A stretch of 64,000 nucleotides of DNA from the human T2T-CHM13v2.0 reference genome, Homo sapiens. The notes beneath the pieces were generated by a model that was not told the DNA's origin, did not search any database, and saw nothing but the letters and a program-made list of their open reading frames with translations. Each line of letters starts with the position of its first letter. Positions within the stretch are counted from its first letter, which is position 1. This document shows positions 30,432-43,700 of the stretch, one piece after another. Location: the NCBI RefSeq assembly GCF_009914755.1, contig NC_060925.1; one strand, 5' to 3'. The translations under genes were made by a program, and so were the position numbers.

Positions 30432-31362
30432 TATGGATGTTCATGATAGTTTCTTCATAATAGCCCAAACGCGGAATGATAGAAATGTCCAATAACAAGT
30501 GAAAGTACAAACATACATGGTATAGCCACACGAAGGAATACTACTCAGTATTTACAAGACATTACAGATGGATTTTAAAATTACATTGATGCATGAAAGA
30601 AGGCAACACAAAAGAACACAGGTATCATTTCATTTATAGAAAATGGTTAAAAATGCAAACGGACCTGAAGTGACAGTGGCTCCTTGGGGCTGAGGGTTGA
30701 AAGGCTGATGAACTGCAAAGGGGTACAAGAAACTTTGGGGCATAGGGAATTTCCTCTATCTTGGTTGTGGCAGTAGTTCCGTTAGTGTATCCATTTGTAA
30801 ACGTGCATTGAATTACACATTTTAAAGTGGTGCAGTCTGTTGTACCGAAATTATGCCTTTATAAAGTTGATTTCATCATCTTAATTTCTCCATACTAGCA
30901 ATTAGCAGCTAGAAAATGAAATTCAATAAAACATAATAGAGATTAATAGCCAGAATCATTACATGCTTAACAATACATGCAATGAAGCAGGTACAAGGCC
31001 CCTAAAAGCAATTGGTGAGAAAAATTAAAGAAGGCTAAATAAATATATATCATGTTCATTGATTGGAAGACTCAATTTTGTTAGCATATTACATCAACAC
31101 AATTCTGATTAATATTTCTAGTAGGAGATTTTAGAGAAATTTGAAAGCTAGTTTCAAAATGTATTTGAAAATCAAAGAACCTAGAATAAGCAAGTCGGTC
31201 TTGAAGAAGCAATAAGTTGGAGGACTTACTCTGCTAGATTTCAAACCTGATTTTAAAGCTACAGTAATTTTAAAACAGTAGTAATGGTGTAAGTATTCAT
31301 AAATATATCAAAGTAAAAGAATACAGATTCAAACAATATGCCCACATATGTACAGTTATTGA

Positions 31363-32170
31363 TTTTTTTTTAGTAGAATCTTTTTTATTCATAAAAAATC
31401 CATCAAAACAAAAAAGTTTTCCAGCCACACACAGGAGGGGTATGGGTGGGGGAAGGTGTCTGTCCATCTATCCCTGGCCCCCAGCCCATGTGGTTTTGGC
31501 AGCAATAAGGTGTGTGGGGTAATGACCCCTGAAATTAAAATGGTGTGTGTATGTGAAGGAAAGGCGGGCAAAGCTATGGGGAGCGGTGGAGTGGAAGGAA
31601 CAAAGGAGGTCAGTACTGGGAACGCTGAAGGTGGGAGGCCATTTCATAACATTACTTGTTGATGAAATTGCCATGAATACCTTCTTTGCCCATCAGCAGG
31701 CCTAGCGTCTTGGCAGTCATGGTGACAATGACGTTGAAGGTGGGGACTCCACCGATGCTCTTCATATGAAGATCCACGGTCAATTCCCCATCCTGCAGCA
31801 GTGAGTCCAGGACCACAGTATATTTCTGGCCCCCCAGTGTCAGTCCATTCATGACAAAGTTTGACCAGTCTTTGCCAACCAGGACACCAACCTCAGCTGG
31901 CGTGATGTTGAGGAAGGTTTTCCCTGGGATGGCGGCCCAGATGGAAGGTGGGTCCTTGTTGCCAACAATGGCCGTGTCCTAACAGGTCCCGTCCGCCACG
32001 AGGCTGTAGATGGAGGTGTCCACCTGGCCGTTGCGTTGCTGCAGGGGCTCCTCTGGTCGCTGCTGTTGGGGCCGCCTGGGCTGGCGGGTGGGGGAGGCGG
32101 AGAGCTCGATGCAGGTGCTGTCCTCCTCGCCACGACTCTGCTAGCTGTGCAGTAGCCCTCGCTCCGCCAC
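31363..32170 (-). pseudogene. Profilin-1 processed pseudogene (PFN1P family; paralog number not determinable here)
   Basis: Intronless PFN1 copy with 5'UTR, 3'UTR, AATAAA and poly(A) (T-run at 31363-71). CDS remnant 32031-31610: ATG changed to ACG, 1-nt deletion after the W codon, TAG replacing the Q of TCQD, TAA near the C-terminus, ending ..MASHLQRSQY*. Translated pieces [25 protein letters not shown] and [10 protein letters not shown] are profilin. Confidence 0.95.
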
Positions 32171-32172
32171 TT

Positions 32173-32524
32173 AAAAAAGAAAAAAATATATATATATAAT
32201 ATATATACACACGTGTTATATATATTGTATAATATATATACATGTATACATGTATATATGTGTATATATATATACATGGCACACGTGTATATATATATAA
32301 TATATACACGTGTATATATATATATAATATATACACGTGTATATATATTAATAATGGCCTACATCTATATTAATAATATATATTATTAATATATATATTA
32401 TATATATTAATAATATATATACACGTGTATATATATTATATATATATATATACACGTGTATATATATTATATATATATATACACGTGTATATATATTATA
32501 TATATATATACACGTGTGCCATGT
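32173..32524. repeat. AT-rich quasi-palindromic minisatellite with 8 CACGTG cores
   Basis: Units TATATACACGTGTATATAT; outer arms ACATGGCACACGTGTATA.. (32274) and ..TATACACGTGTGCCATGT (32524) are reverse complements. Confidence 0.9.
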
Positions 32525-32684
32525 TTGTTTGCTGCACCCATTAACTCGTCACTTACATTAGGTATATATCCTAATGCTATCCCTCCCCCAGCCCTCACCC
32601 CATGACAGGCCCTGGTGTGTGATGTTCCCCGCCCTGTGTCCAAGTGTTCTCATTGTTCAGTTCCCACCCATGAGTGAGAACATG
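32511..32684 (-). mobile_element. Short L1PA 3'UTR fragment
   Basis: GTGCCATG..GCTGCACCCATTAACTCGTCACTTACATTAGGTATATATCCTAATGCTATCCCTCCCCC..GAGTGAGAACATG is antisense L1PA 3'UTR. Confidence 0.85.
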
Positions 32685-33645
32685 CTCGCACCGCCGCTTC
32701 TAAATGTTTTAAAAACAAAGACACCAATGCCCTTCATTGGGGAAATGAAAGACTTTTAAGTAAAACAATTTTGAGTGAAATAATATTTGTTGTTTTAAAA
32801 AGTTAATATTAACCACTCTCCATCATATATTGAAATTAACTTAAGATGTGAAAGTTAAATTAGAAACCTTGTAAAGGAAAAATAGGAAATAGTTTCATGA
32901 ACTTGACACAGGAAAATATTTCTTAGACTAGATACTGTAGCACTCACCACAATAAGAAATCAAGCGAATTGCACTTCATTTTTAAAAAGCTTCTCCTTAT
33001 TATGTTGTTGTTTAACAACTTAAACGCTATCTCTAGACCAGGAATAATTATTTGCTATATAATACAGCAAAAAATATGTATGTATAAATGGACTCATTCA
33101 AAATATATAAAGAACTCCTATTACAAAGAAATTGACAAACAGCCCAGTATATCAATGAATATAAAAATTTGAGAAGATATTTTCCATAAGAAGATATCTA
33201 AATGAACATTAGGCATGAGAAAACCAAATTTTAGGATATCACTACACACCTGGTGTAGTTTAAAAGACTGAAAATATTAAGTGTGTGGGAATGTAGAGCA
33301 ACTGAAAATGGCCTACATCTTTCATAGAAATGTAAAACAATACAAATACTTTGCAAAACTCTGTCCAACATTTTCTACCCATTCACCAAGCAACTCCATC
33401 CCTAGCTATAGATACCCAGGAAAATAAGTATGTATCTTCACAGAAATAATTGTATGAGAATATTCATAGTTACTTATGCACAGTAGTTACCAAGTAAACC
33501 TGTCTCCCATCAGAAAAATGGATATCAAATTGTGTGATAATCATACAATCAATAGGATATTACTTGGCCAAAACAAAATGAAACAAGGGAAAAACACAAT
33601 CAAACAAATTAGTGGCATATATACCCACCTGAGTAAAGAGAAGTC

Positions 33646-33962
33646 GGCCGGGTGCGGTGGCTCATGCCTGTAATCCCAGCACTTTGGGAGGCCGAGGCGG
33701 CAGATCACGAGGTCAGGAGATCGAGACCATCCTGGCTAACACAGTGAAACCCCGTCTCTACTAAAAATACAAAAAAAAAAAGAAAAAGAAAAATTAGCCG
33801 GGCGTGGTGGCGGGCGCCTGTATTCCCAACTACTTGGGAGTCTGAGGCAGGAGAATAGCGTGAACCTGGGAGGCAGAGCTTGCAGTGAGCCTAGATCGCG
33901 TCACTGCACTCCAGCCTGGGCGACAGAGTGAGACTCTGTCTCAAACAAAAAAAAAAAAAAAA
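33646..33962 (+). mobile_element. AluY
   Basis: GATCGAGACCATCCTGGCTAACAC; expanded middle A-rich linker; AAGTC on both flanks. Confidence 0.92.
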
Positions 33963-34317
33963 AAAGTCAAAACAAGAGAACATACTAAATGATTCTATTT
34001 TTTTATTTATGATTTCATGACTACCATTAAGAAAATATAACCTGTTGGGAAACTGTTTCTGCCTTGATGATGTTGTACAGACAAGAGATAAACAGTGAGG
34101 AATATGCTTAGATGTATTGGGAAAGACACGGGTCTGTGGCATTGTCACAAGGGTACACGAATACTGAGAGTGAATGCTGAAGGAATGATCCCCATTGGTG
34201 GTGACCCTCAGGTGAGACTAGGGTGCCTGTGTTTCAGCAAAGCCTGGGCAATTGGAATGCAGGGCTCCTAAGATTCCATGACACCCCCACCTTCTAATTC
34301 TGTTATTGCAACTGCAG

Positions 34318-34472
34318 ACGGTTACCTGGCACGCTGGCCACAATCTACCTCACTCTTATCAGAGTCTGCGCTACTGACAGTGCTTTCAGCTCTGAGTTGA
34401 GGCACCTCGAACCTTGTTTTTGTGGTGAAGGATCCTAAAGTGCTGTGGGGAGTGATCACATTTTTGACAACA
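34318..34472 (+). other. Candidate last non-coding NBPF exon
   Basis: Acceptor CAACTGCAG|, donor ACA|GTAAGT, then a 102-nt intron to the ATG exon acceptor at 34575. Confidence 0.55.
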
Positions 34473-34609
34473 GTAAGTTAAGAATTTCAGTTACTTACAT
34501 CCCTCAGTCCTGATTAAACCTATTTGATTTCACCAGTTTTTAACCCATCATATGTTTGGGTTTCTTCTCCCCAGTCCCTGACTCCACCTCTTCTGCCACA
34601 AACGTCAGC

Positions 34610-34784
34610 ATGGTGGTATCAGCCGGCCCTTTGTCCAGCGAGAAGGCAGAGATGAACATTCTAGAAATCAATGAGAAATTGCGCCCCCAGTTGGCAGAGA
34701 AGAAACAGCAGTTCAGAAACCTCAAAGAGAAATGTTTTCTAACTCAACTGGCCGGCTTCCTGGCCAACCGACAGAAGAAATACA
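34610..34784 (+). CDS. NBPF15: NBPF coding exon 1 (exon starts 34575)
   Basis: MVVSAG...NRQKKY; donor ACA|GTAAGA. Confidence 0.93.
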
Positions 34785-37700
34785 GTAAGATCTATAGGCT
34801 CACCGTCATGAAAGTGATGAATGATGTCCTGTCTTCTCTCTGAGACACTAAATGCTCTCTCCATCAAAAATAATTTCATCCTTCCTGTACTTCTAGGAAA
34901 ACAGAAATGGGTATTTTAACATTTTGTTAAAGTTGGAAGACAGAGGTACCAAAGTATTTAGCAACTTTCCATGTTTGCAATCAGGTGGGGGTGGGACTAG
35001 AGTTAAACTGCCATTTATTGATTTCTGACACAGGCACAGAATGACCTGTTTTCTCCAAGAGGCTCAATCATGTTTTCAAGAATCCTCTCTGTACCATATA
35101 AGATCCTGCAGACAAATAACATCTAGTCTGTTGTTCTAAATGTCTGAGACTAGTGAACTTTTCTTCAGTTCAAGTTTCTGTGGAGGCCCAACAGGCAAAG
35201 CTCTGTTCTAGTGACTCTGAGGGAAACTTGGTGATAGTAGCCAGTACCTGCTCTGAGGGGCTTCAAGAGGAGTCTACTCCTAATAGAACCTGTGCTGTCT
35301 ATAAGTGACAGCATCAAGAGCAGGGAGTAGGGGCCGTGCATGGTGGCTCACTCCTGTAATCCCAGCACTTTGGGAGGCTGAGGCGGGCAGATCATGAGGT
35401 CAGGAGTTTGAGACCAGCCTGGGCAACATGGAGAAACCCCATCTCCACTAAAAATACAAAAAGTAGATGGGCGTGGTGGCAGGTGACTGTAATCACCCCT
35501 GCCTAGGAGGCTGAGGCAGGAGAATCCTTTGAACCCAGGAGGCTGAGGTTGCAGTGAGCCAAGATTTTGCCATTGCACTCCAGCCTGGGCGACAGGGCAA
35601 GACTGTTAAAAAAAAATAATAATAATAATGATAAATAAAAATAAGAATAAAAAGCAGAGAGTAGCTTGGTGAGAGTGAAGTCCTGCTTCCTGGGGCACAG
35701 AGTCTTGTTGCTAAAGAGGAAGAAAGATCGCATCCGAGAATGTGTGGAGATAGCAGTGCAGTGTACAGAGCAGGGACTGTGGGCCTGTCTACTGGGCTCC
35801 ATCCAAGTTGCTTGTCTTGTCTGTCCCTCAGTTTCCTCACCTGTTCAGAGGGTACTACAATAATACCTACCTCTGTAAATTGCTGCAGTGAATTACATGA
35901 GCTATTTCTTGTCAATCTCCTAGAACATTTATTGGCACACAGTAAACACTATCTATTAGTTGTTCATTCTGCTGTTTCTAAATTAACACAAACTTTATTA
36001 GCATTTGGGCATATTTCCTTCATGGCCTTATGGTGTTATGTGTCACTCTTTATGCTTCAGATATGATTCTTAAAATCATAACTGAAGATATGATTTAAAA
36101 ATCAAAGATTTTAAAAATCTTTCACATACTTGTCCTTGAAATTCCCAGTAAAAGGGAAACCATCAGTCCCATAGTCCTAGGGGCCTTCCCGACTGTACGA
36201 GAAATCACTACTTCATGCCCCAGTGCAGTGTTTTAGAGGAGAGGCTGCAAGGCTTGGGAAAGTGGCCCCGCATTCAGAGTCAGACCTCAGGGACTGTGAA
36301 TTCTGACTCCACTTTGTTGTGGTTGAATCATCTTGTCAACTTCCTTGATGTGCCCTTGAGGTTCTCTTTCTTCATCTCTAAATTTTGGAGGATCAGATGC
36401 CAGAAAGTCAGGAGACTGAAGAGTAAAGATGTGGAAATCCCTGTCTAGACCCTGGTACTGGGGAGAGTTTTGTCCTTGGGATGGACCTGGCTCCTGTCCT
36501 GTAGGCAATGACCACAGCAGCATGTCCAGCCTTCCACTGAGGCAGGCGTGTCTGTCTTTTCTCAGAATATGAAGAGTGCAAAGATCTCATAAAATTTATG
36601 CTGAGGAATGAGCGACAGTTCAAGGAGGAGAAGCTTGCAGAGCAGCTCAAGCAAGCTGAGGAGCTCAGGTGAGGGGACCCCATGGGGGCAGGCAGGGGGG
36701 CAGGTGTGTAAATCTCTGAAGTACAGCAGCTCGGTGGGGAGATGTAAGAGCTAAGCTGGGCCAGGGGAAGGGCAGGAATTGCCATGGCAGGCTCGCTACA
36801 CACAAATATTTATCAAACAGAGAAGAAGGATAATAAAAATGTATGGGTTGCAGTTGTTTCTCAGAGCCTTGTTTTCTCTTTTTCAAACAAGTAATTGTTG
36901 ATGTGAAATTTACATAACACAAAATTAACCAAAGGAGTGTGAACCACACAGCAGCATTCAGTATACTCAAAATGGTGTGCCATCACCACCCCACTTACCC
37001 TTAGTGAGAATCACCTCCTGACTGACTGCGGCTTCTCATTCTTTCACTCAATCAATGTTGCCTTCTCGACCCTGTCATTCTTTTCTTCTTTCGTCTTTTC
37101 AATTCACCCCATCTGCACCTGGCCTCATTTCTGTACATGGCTTTGTATCTAGTGGCCGCAAGATGCACTATGTGTATTTTCACATGGAAATGTCCATGGC
37201 CAGAGTGAGGAACTGATAGGATGTCTTTTTGAAACGGAATTAGGAAGACACCTACTTTTGTTTACAGAAGAGAAAGATGAATGGAACATCATCGAGGATC
37301 TTGCAGGAGCCCTCTCTGATACAGAGGAAGCCTGTAAACCATTTTCTATTCTTTCTCTTGGCCACAGACATTCCTTTAAACATGTGCTGACCTTCTGCTT
37401 CGAGGTCTCCTTGAGGACATTGTCTCAGAAATCTCTGTTGCAATATTTGAGCGGATCACTCAACCCTTTCCACTCTTAAATTTTCTCTACCGTCTCACCT
37501 TAGGCAATATAAAGTCCTGGTTCACGCTCAGGAACGAGAGCTGACCCAGTTAAGGGAGAAGTTACGGGAAGGGAGAGATGCCTCCCGCTCATTGAATGAG
37601 CATCTCCAGGCCCTCCTCACTCCGGATGAGCCGGACAAGTCCCAGGGGCAGGACCTCCAAGAACAGCTGGCTGAGGGGTGTAGACTGACACAGCACCTTG

Positions 37701-40700
37701 TCCAAAAGCTCAGCCCAGGTAAGGTGGCCATAGGCCCTGATGACCCAAAATCCCAGGCTTATGAGAGACTCCAGACCTCCATACTTTCACAATGACAGTT
37801 GTATCAATGGTGTTTTTTTCCACTAAGCTTATGTGGCCATGACATGACCAGGACTTCTTGGGTAAGAACGGAGATGGGAAACCCATGGGGTTGGAGGTCA
37901 CAGTATTGCAAGTGTCCCTCCTCCCTTGATGGAAGGTGGTCTTTGGAGTATGAGGCAGCATCTGTCTAGTTTTAAAGGACAGGAAGGAGGCTGCGATGGG
38001 AGCAGGCTTGTTAGAGTGAAAAGAGCTCTGGACTAAGAATGAAGATTCCCAGGCTGTCTTTTCGGCAATGTTCTTAGTAACTGTCAGAGAGTGAATGACT
38101 TGTCCTTCCTGAGTTTCTCTCTCTCCGTGGCAGACAAATTGTCTCTTGCAAGGGTCTGAAGCATTCAAATGTGGGAACACTTACAACTGCTTTCCAAAAT
38201 GAGATGAAGGCCCTCACCGTGTGATGTTGGAGAAGGCACTTTATGTGGGGGCGTTTTGTGGTAGGAAGTGCTTCAGACTGGAGCACTCCCCATGGATAGA
38301 ATGTCCCTGAATAACACAGCAGAAGCCACTTGGAGGCTTGAAATCTTCTGATGCATAGAGGACTGTGGGACAAGTTTGTCTGCTTCTAAGAGAAAGAATT
38401 AGGTTTGAAATGCAAACTGTGACGGGACACCAAGCCTGTGCCTGGGAATCAGATCTGGCAGGATGGGGGAGACAGCTGCCAATGTCCAGAGAGAGGCTGC
38501 ACAAGCCTCCAGTGATATGGGAAGCAAAAGGTCTTTTCAATATTTGGCCACATCTTGATGGTGGCCCTCCAGATCAGAAATGCATTGCCTGATGGATCAG
38601 GAAACCATGCCAGGGCATTCTGTTAAAGATAAAACATGAGAGTTTTCAGTTGAACGGTGACCCATGCCTAGATGTTCATGTCTCTGTTGCACATTGGGCT
38701 GACTGTGCTTGCAGACTGTGAAGTGGGAAATATCTGAACGAACACTTCTGTATTTACAGAAAATGACAACGATGACGATGAAGATGTTCAAGTTGAGGTG
38801 GCTGAGAAAGTGCAGAAATCGTCTGCCCCCAGGTAACACTGAATACTCAGGAACAATTAATGGATGGTAACATATGAGGAATATCTAGGAGGCACACCCT
38901 CTCTGGCATCTATGATGGGCCAAAAACCCGCATTCGCTTGGCCACAGTATGTGAAATATAACCCAGCTTAGACACAGGGTGCGGCAGCTGTCATGTTTCT
39001 CTGTGTGTGCCGAGTGTCATGTCTGCACCGTACAGGGATAGCTGAGTCTTCATCCTCCTCAGCTCCTATCTGTCCAGTGCAATGAACAGCAGCTGCTCTC
39101 TTCCTCTCTGGTTCCCATGGCAGCCATGCTCTGTTGCAGAGAGAACAGGATTGCATGTTCCCTCTTAATGGGAACGTCCATTTTGCTTTCTGGGACCACT
39201 CTCTTAATGCCGCCTGTCAAAACCAGCTAGGACTCCCTGGGGTCCAATCCCTCTGTGTTTAATCTTCTGTCATCTCTGTCCCACCTGGCTCATCAGGGAG
39301 ATGCAGAAGGCTGAAGAAAAGGAAGTCCCTGAGGACTCACTGGAGGAATGTGCCATCACTTGTTCAAATAGCCATGGCCCTTATGACTCCAACCAGCCAC
39401 ATAAGAAAACCAAAATCACATTTGAGGAAGACAAAGTCGACTCAACTCTCATTGGCTCATCCTCTCATGTTGAATGGGAGGATGCTGTACACATTATTCC
39501 AGGTAGCCTCTGTTTTCCTTGTGTCTCATACCTCTCTCTAGGCTGAGGAAGATAAACTCTGAAGACAGGCTCTATCAACACAAATTCATTTGAATAAAAA
39601 ACTGTGATGGGTTTCTAAACAGATATCAGGGAGTTTTTTTGTCCTTCTCAGCTAATGTCATGCCTTTGTCTGCCAGTCCCCAGTATCAAGTTACTCAACC
39701 CCAGGCAAGTGTGACAATCTCATAGTCACCTGAGTGCAGGAGGTGCACAGGCCATATCTGTCAGGCCTCCTAGCTTCGATTCAGTATCTCTTGTCATCTG
39801 TGATTAAGTCATCTGTCCCTGAACAATGCCCATGGAGTTTCTATGCCTGTTTAAGGAAGCTGGCAGCCTTGCCTTTGTATTTGGAAATATCGTTCCTCAG
39901 GCTTCACTGCTCTCAGCTTTCATCTGGATCTCCTTTAAGTCAGCTTGCTTAGCTGCACAGTCACCCTGAAATCAGGACGGAAACTTTTCTTCTTTACTTT
40001 GCTGATATATTTCCATAAAGCAAGGCTGGACCCTGGTTCTCCACCCTGTCAATGCAATGGCTGATCCAATGTTTCTTTGTAGCATCGTGGATTTTTTTTT
40101 TTTTTTTTTTTTGCGATGGAGTCTTGCTCTGTCACCCAGGCTGGAGTGCAGTGGCACCATCTTGGCTTGGTGCAACCTCTCCCTCCCAGATTCAAGTGAT
40201 TCTCCTGCCTCAGCCTCCTGAGTTGCTGGGACCACAGGTGCACAACATCACATCTGGCTAATTTTTGTATTTTTAGTAGAGACAGGGTTTCCCCATATTG
40301 GCCAGGGTAGTCCTGAACTCATGACCTCAAATGATTCACCTGTCTTGGCCTCCCAAATCACAGATTCTTTTTAAAGCAAGAGTTGTTCAAATTTATCTAT
40401 CAGTCGTGTTTCATGTATAGATGCCTCTAAACATTTAATGTCCATGTTACCTGGTGATATAAGTCCGTATTGCAGCAACACTCTTAGAAAATTGTTTGAC
40501 CAATTTTTGGAGATTTTTTTGGGGAAAAAATTTTGTTTAACTTTGACTCAGGCAGGGAATATGTCATTATGGTCTACACGTAGAGGGAGATTTTGGCCTG
40601 TGGGTCTGGAAAGCAGGGTCATCTAATTCTCACCAAAGTTAATCTAGGACACCCTAGAATATTCCTGTCAGAATCCTTATTCTTGCACTGAGAATAGTTA

Positions 40701-43700
40701 TGTCCTTGTGCTATGACTGGACAGTGATTTGTTCCTATGTGAAGTATGAATTGCTTAATGTGACCTGCTTCTCTGAATTTATTTACAGAAAATGAAAGTG
40801 ATGATGAGGAAGAGGAAGAAAAAGGGCCAGTGTCTCCCAGGTAATGTTGTGGAATTGTTGGCTGTTAATTCAGTAGTGACATCTGGAGATTGTAGATTTA
40901 GGGAAAATGAGGAAGTGATGAATAGAACTATTTCTTCCATTCACCCAGCTACAAATTGTGCTGATTTACAATGTTGTATGTTATTTGTGGCACTTGTATT
41001 GGTTTTAATTTCATAGTCCTCTCAAGATAGGAACTTGCCATCAGATGAGCCAGGTGAACTAGCCAAACAGGGTTTTCTTGTTGATCTTTTCAAAAAACCA
41101 GCCCTGGATTCATTGATTTTTTGAAGGGTTTTTTGTGTCTCTATCTCCTTTAGTTCTGCTCTGATCTTAGTTACTTCTTGTCTTCTGCTAGCTTTTGAAT
41201 TTGTTTGCTTTGCTTCTCTCGTTATTTTAATTGTGATGTTAGGATGTCAATTTTAGATCTTTTCTGCTTTCTCTTGTGGGCATTTAGTGCTATAATTTTC
41301 CCTCTACACATTGCTTTAAATGTGTCTCAGAGATTCTGGTATGTTGTGTCTTTGTTCTCATTGGTTTCAAAGAACATCTTTATTTCTGCCTTCATTTTGT
41401 TATTTTCCCAGTAGTCATTCAGGAGCAGGTTGTTGAGTTTCCATGTAGTTGTGCGGTTTTGAGTGAGTTTCTTAATCCTGGGTTCTAATTTGATGGCACT
41501 GTGGTCTGACAGTTTGTTGTGATTTCCATTCTTTTACATTTGCTGACGAGTGCTTTACCTCCAACTATGTGGTCAATTTTGGAATAAGTGTGATGTGGTG
41601 CTGAGAAGAATGTATATTCTGTTGATTTGGGGTGGAGAGTTCTGTAGATGTCTTTTAGGTCTGCTTGGTGGAGAGCTGAGTTCAAGTCCTGGATATCCTT
41701 GTTAAGCTTCTGTCTCATTGATCTGTCTAATATTGACAGTGGGGTGTTAAAGTCTCCCATTATGATTGTGTGGAGTCTAAATCTCTTTGTAGGTCTCTCA
41801 GGACTTGCTTTATGAATCTGGGTGCTCCTGTATAGGGTGCATATATATTTAGGATAGTTAACTCTTGTTGAATTGATCCCTTTACCATTATGTAGTGGCC
41901 TTCTTTGTCTCTTTTGATCTTTGTTGGTTTAAAGTCTGTTTTATCAGAGACTAGGATTGCAACCCCTGCCTTTTTTTGTTTTCCATTTGCTTGGTAGATC
42001 TTTCTCCATCCCTTTATTTTGAGCCTATGTGTGTCTCTGCATGTGAGATGGGTTTCCTGAGTACAGCACACTGATGGGTCTTGACTCTTTATCCAATTTG
42101 CCATTCTGTGTTTTTTAACTGGGGCATTTAGCCCATTTACATTTAAGGTTAATATTGTTATGTGTGAATTTGATCCTGTCATTATGATATTAGCTGGTTA
42201 TTTCGCCCGTTAGTTGATGCAGTTTCTTCCTAGCGTCAATGGTCTTTACAGTTTGGCATGTTTTTGTAGTGGCTGGTACCGGTTGTTCCTTTCCATGTTT
42301 AGTGCTTACTTTAGGAGCTCTTGTAAGGCAGGCCTGGTGGTGACAAAATCTCTCAGCATTTGCTTCTCTGTAAAGGATTTATTTCTCCTTCACTTATGAA
42401 GCTTTGTTTGGCTGGATATGAAATTCTGGGTTGAAAATTCTTTTCTTTAAGAAGGTTGAAGATGCTGGAGAGGATGTGGAGAAATAGGAACACTTTTACA
42501 CTGTTGGTGGGACTGTAAACTAGTTCAATGATTGTGGAAGGCAGTGTGGCAATTCCTCAGGGATCTAGAACTAGAAATACTATTTGACCCAGCCATCCCA
42601 TTACTGGGTGTGTACCCAAATGATTATAAATCATGCTGCTGTAAAGACACATGCACACATATGTTTATTGTGGCACTATTCACAATAGCAAAGACTTGGA
42701 ACCAAGCCAAATATCCAGCAATGATAGACTGGATTAAGAAAATGTGGCACATATACACCATGGAATACTATGCAGCTATAAAAAATGATGAGTTCATGTC
42801 CTTTGTAGGGGCATGGATGAAGCTGGAAACCATCATTCTCAGCAAACTATTGCAAGGACAAAAAACCAAATACCGCATGTTCTTACTCACAGGTGGGAAT
42901 TGAACAATGAGAACACATGGACACAGAAAGGGGAACATCACACACTGGGGCCTGTTGTAGGGTGGGGGGAGGGAGGAGGGGTAGCATTAGGAGATATACC
43001 TAATGTTAAATGATGAGTTAATGGGTGAAGCACACCAATGTGGACATGTATACATATGTAACTAACCTGCACGTTGTGCACATGTACCCTAAGACTTAAA
43101 GTATTAAAATATATATATCTGTATATATATATATATACATACACACAAAAAATAATAAAGGAAAACTATACATATGGAAAAAAAAAGAATGTTGAATATT
43201 GCTCCCACTCTCTTCTGGCTTGTAGGGTTTGTGCCAAGAGATCTGCTACTAGTCTGATGGGCTTCCCTTTGTGGGTAATCCGACCTTTCTCTCTGGCTGC
43301 CCTTAGCATTTTTTCCTTCATTTCAACCTTGGTGAATCTGACAATTAAGTGTTTTGGGGTTGCTCTTCTCGAGGAGTATCTTTATGGTGTTCTCTGTGTT
43401 TCCTGAATTTGAATGTTGGCCTTCCTTGCTAGGTTGGGGAAGTCCTCCTGGATAATATCCTGAAGAATGTTTCCCAGCTTGGTTCCATTCTCCCCGTCAC
43501 TTTCAGTACACCAATCAAACGTAGATTTGGTCTTTCCACATAGTCCCATATTTATTGGAGGCTTGTTCATTTCTTTTTACTCTTTTTTCTCTAAACTTCT
43601 CTTCTCGCTTCATTTCATTAATTTGATCTTGAATCACTGATACCATTTCTTGCACTTGATCGAATTGGCTACTGAAGCTTGTGCATGCACCACGTAGTTC

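Noticed and set aside
31652-31852. 66-aa profilin-like ORF
   Set aside because: Internal fragment between premature stops of the PFN1 retrocopy; the true start codon is lost.
32274-32524. CRISPR-like array of ~30-bp palindromic units
   Set aside because: No unique spacers between units, human context and no cas genes; it is an AT-rich minisatellite.
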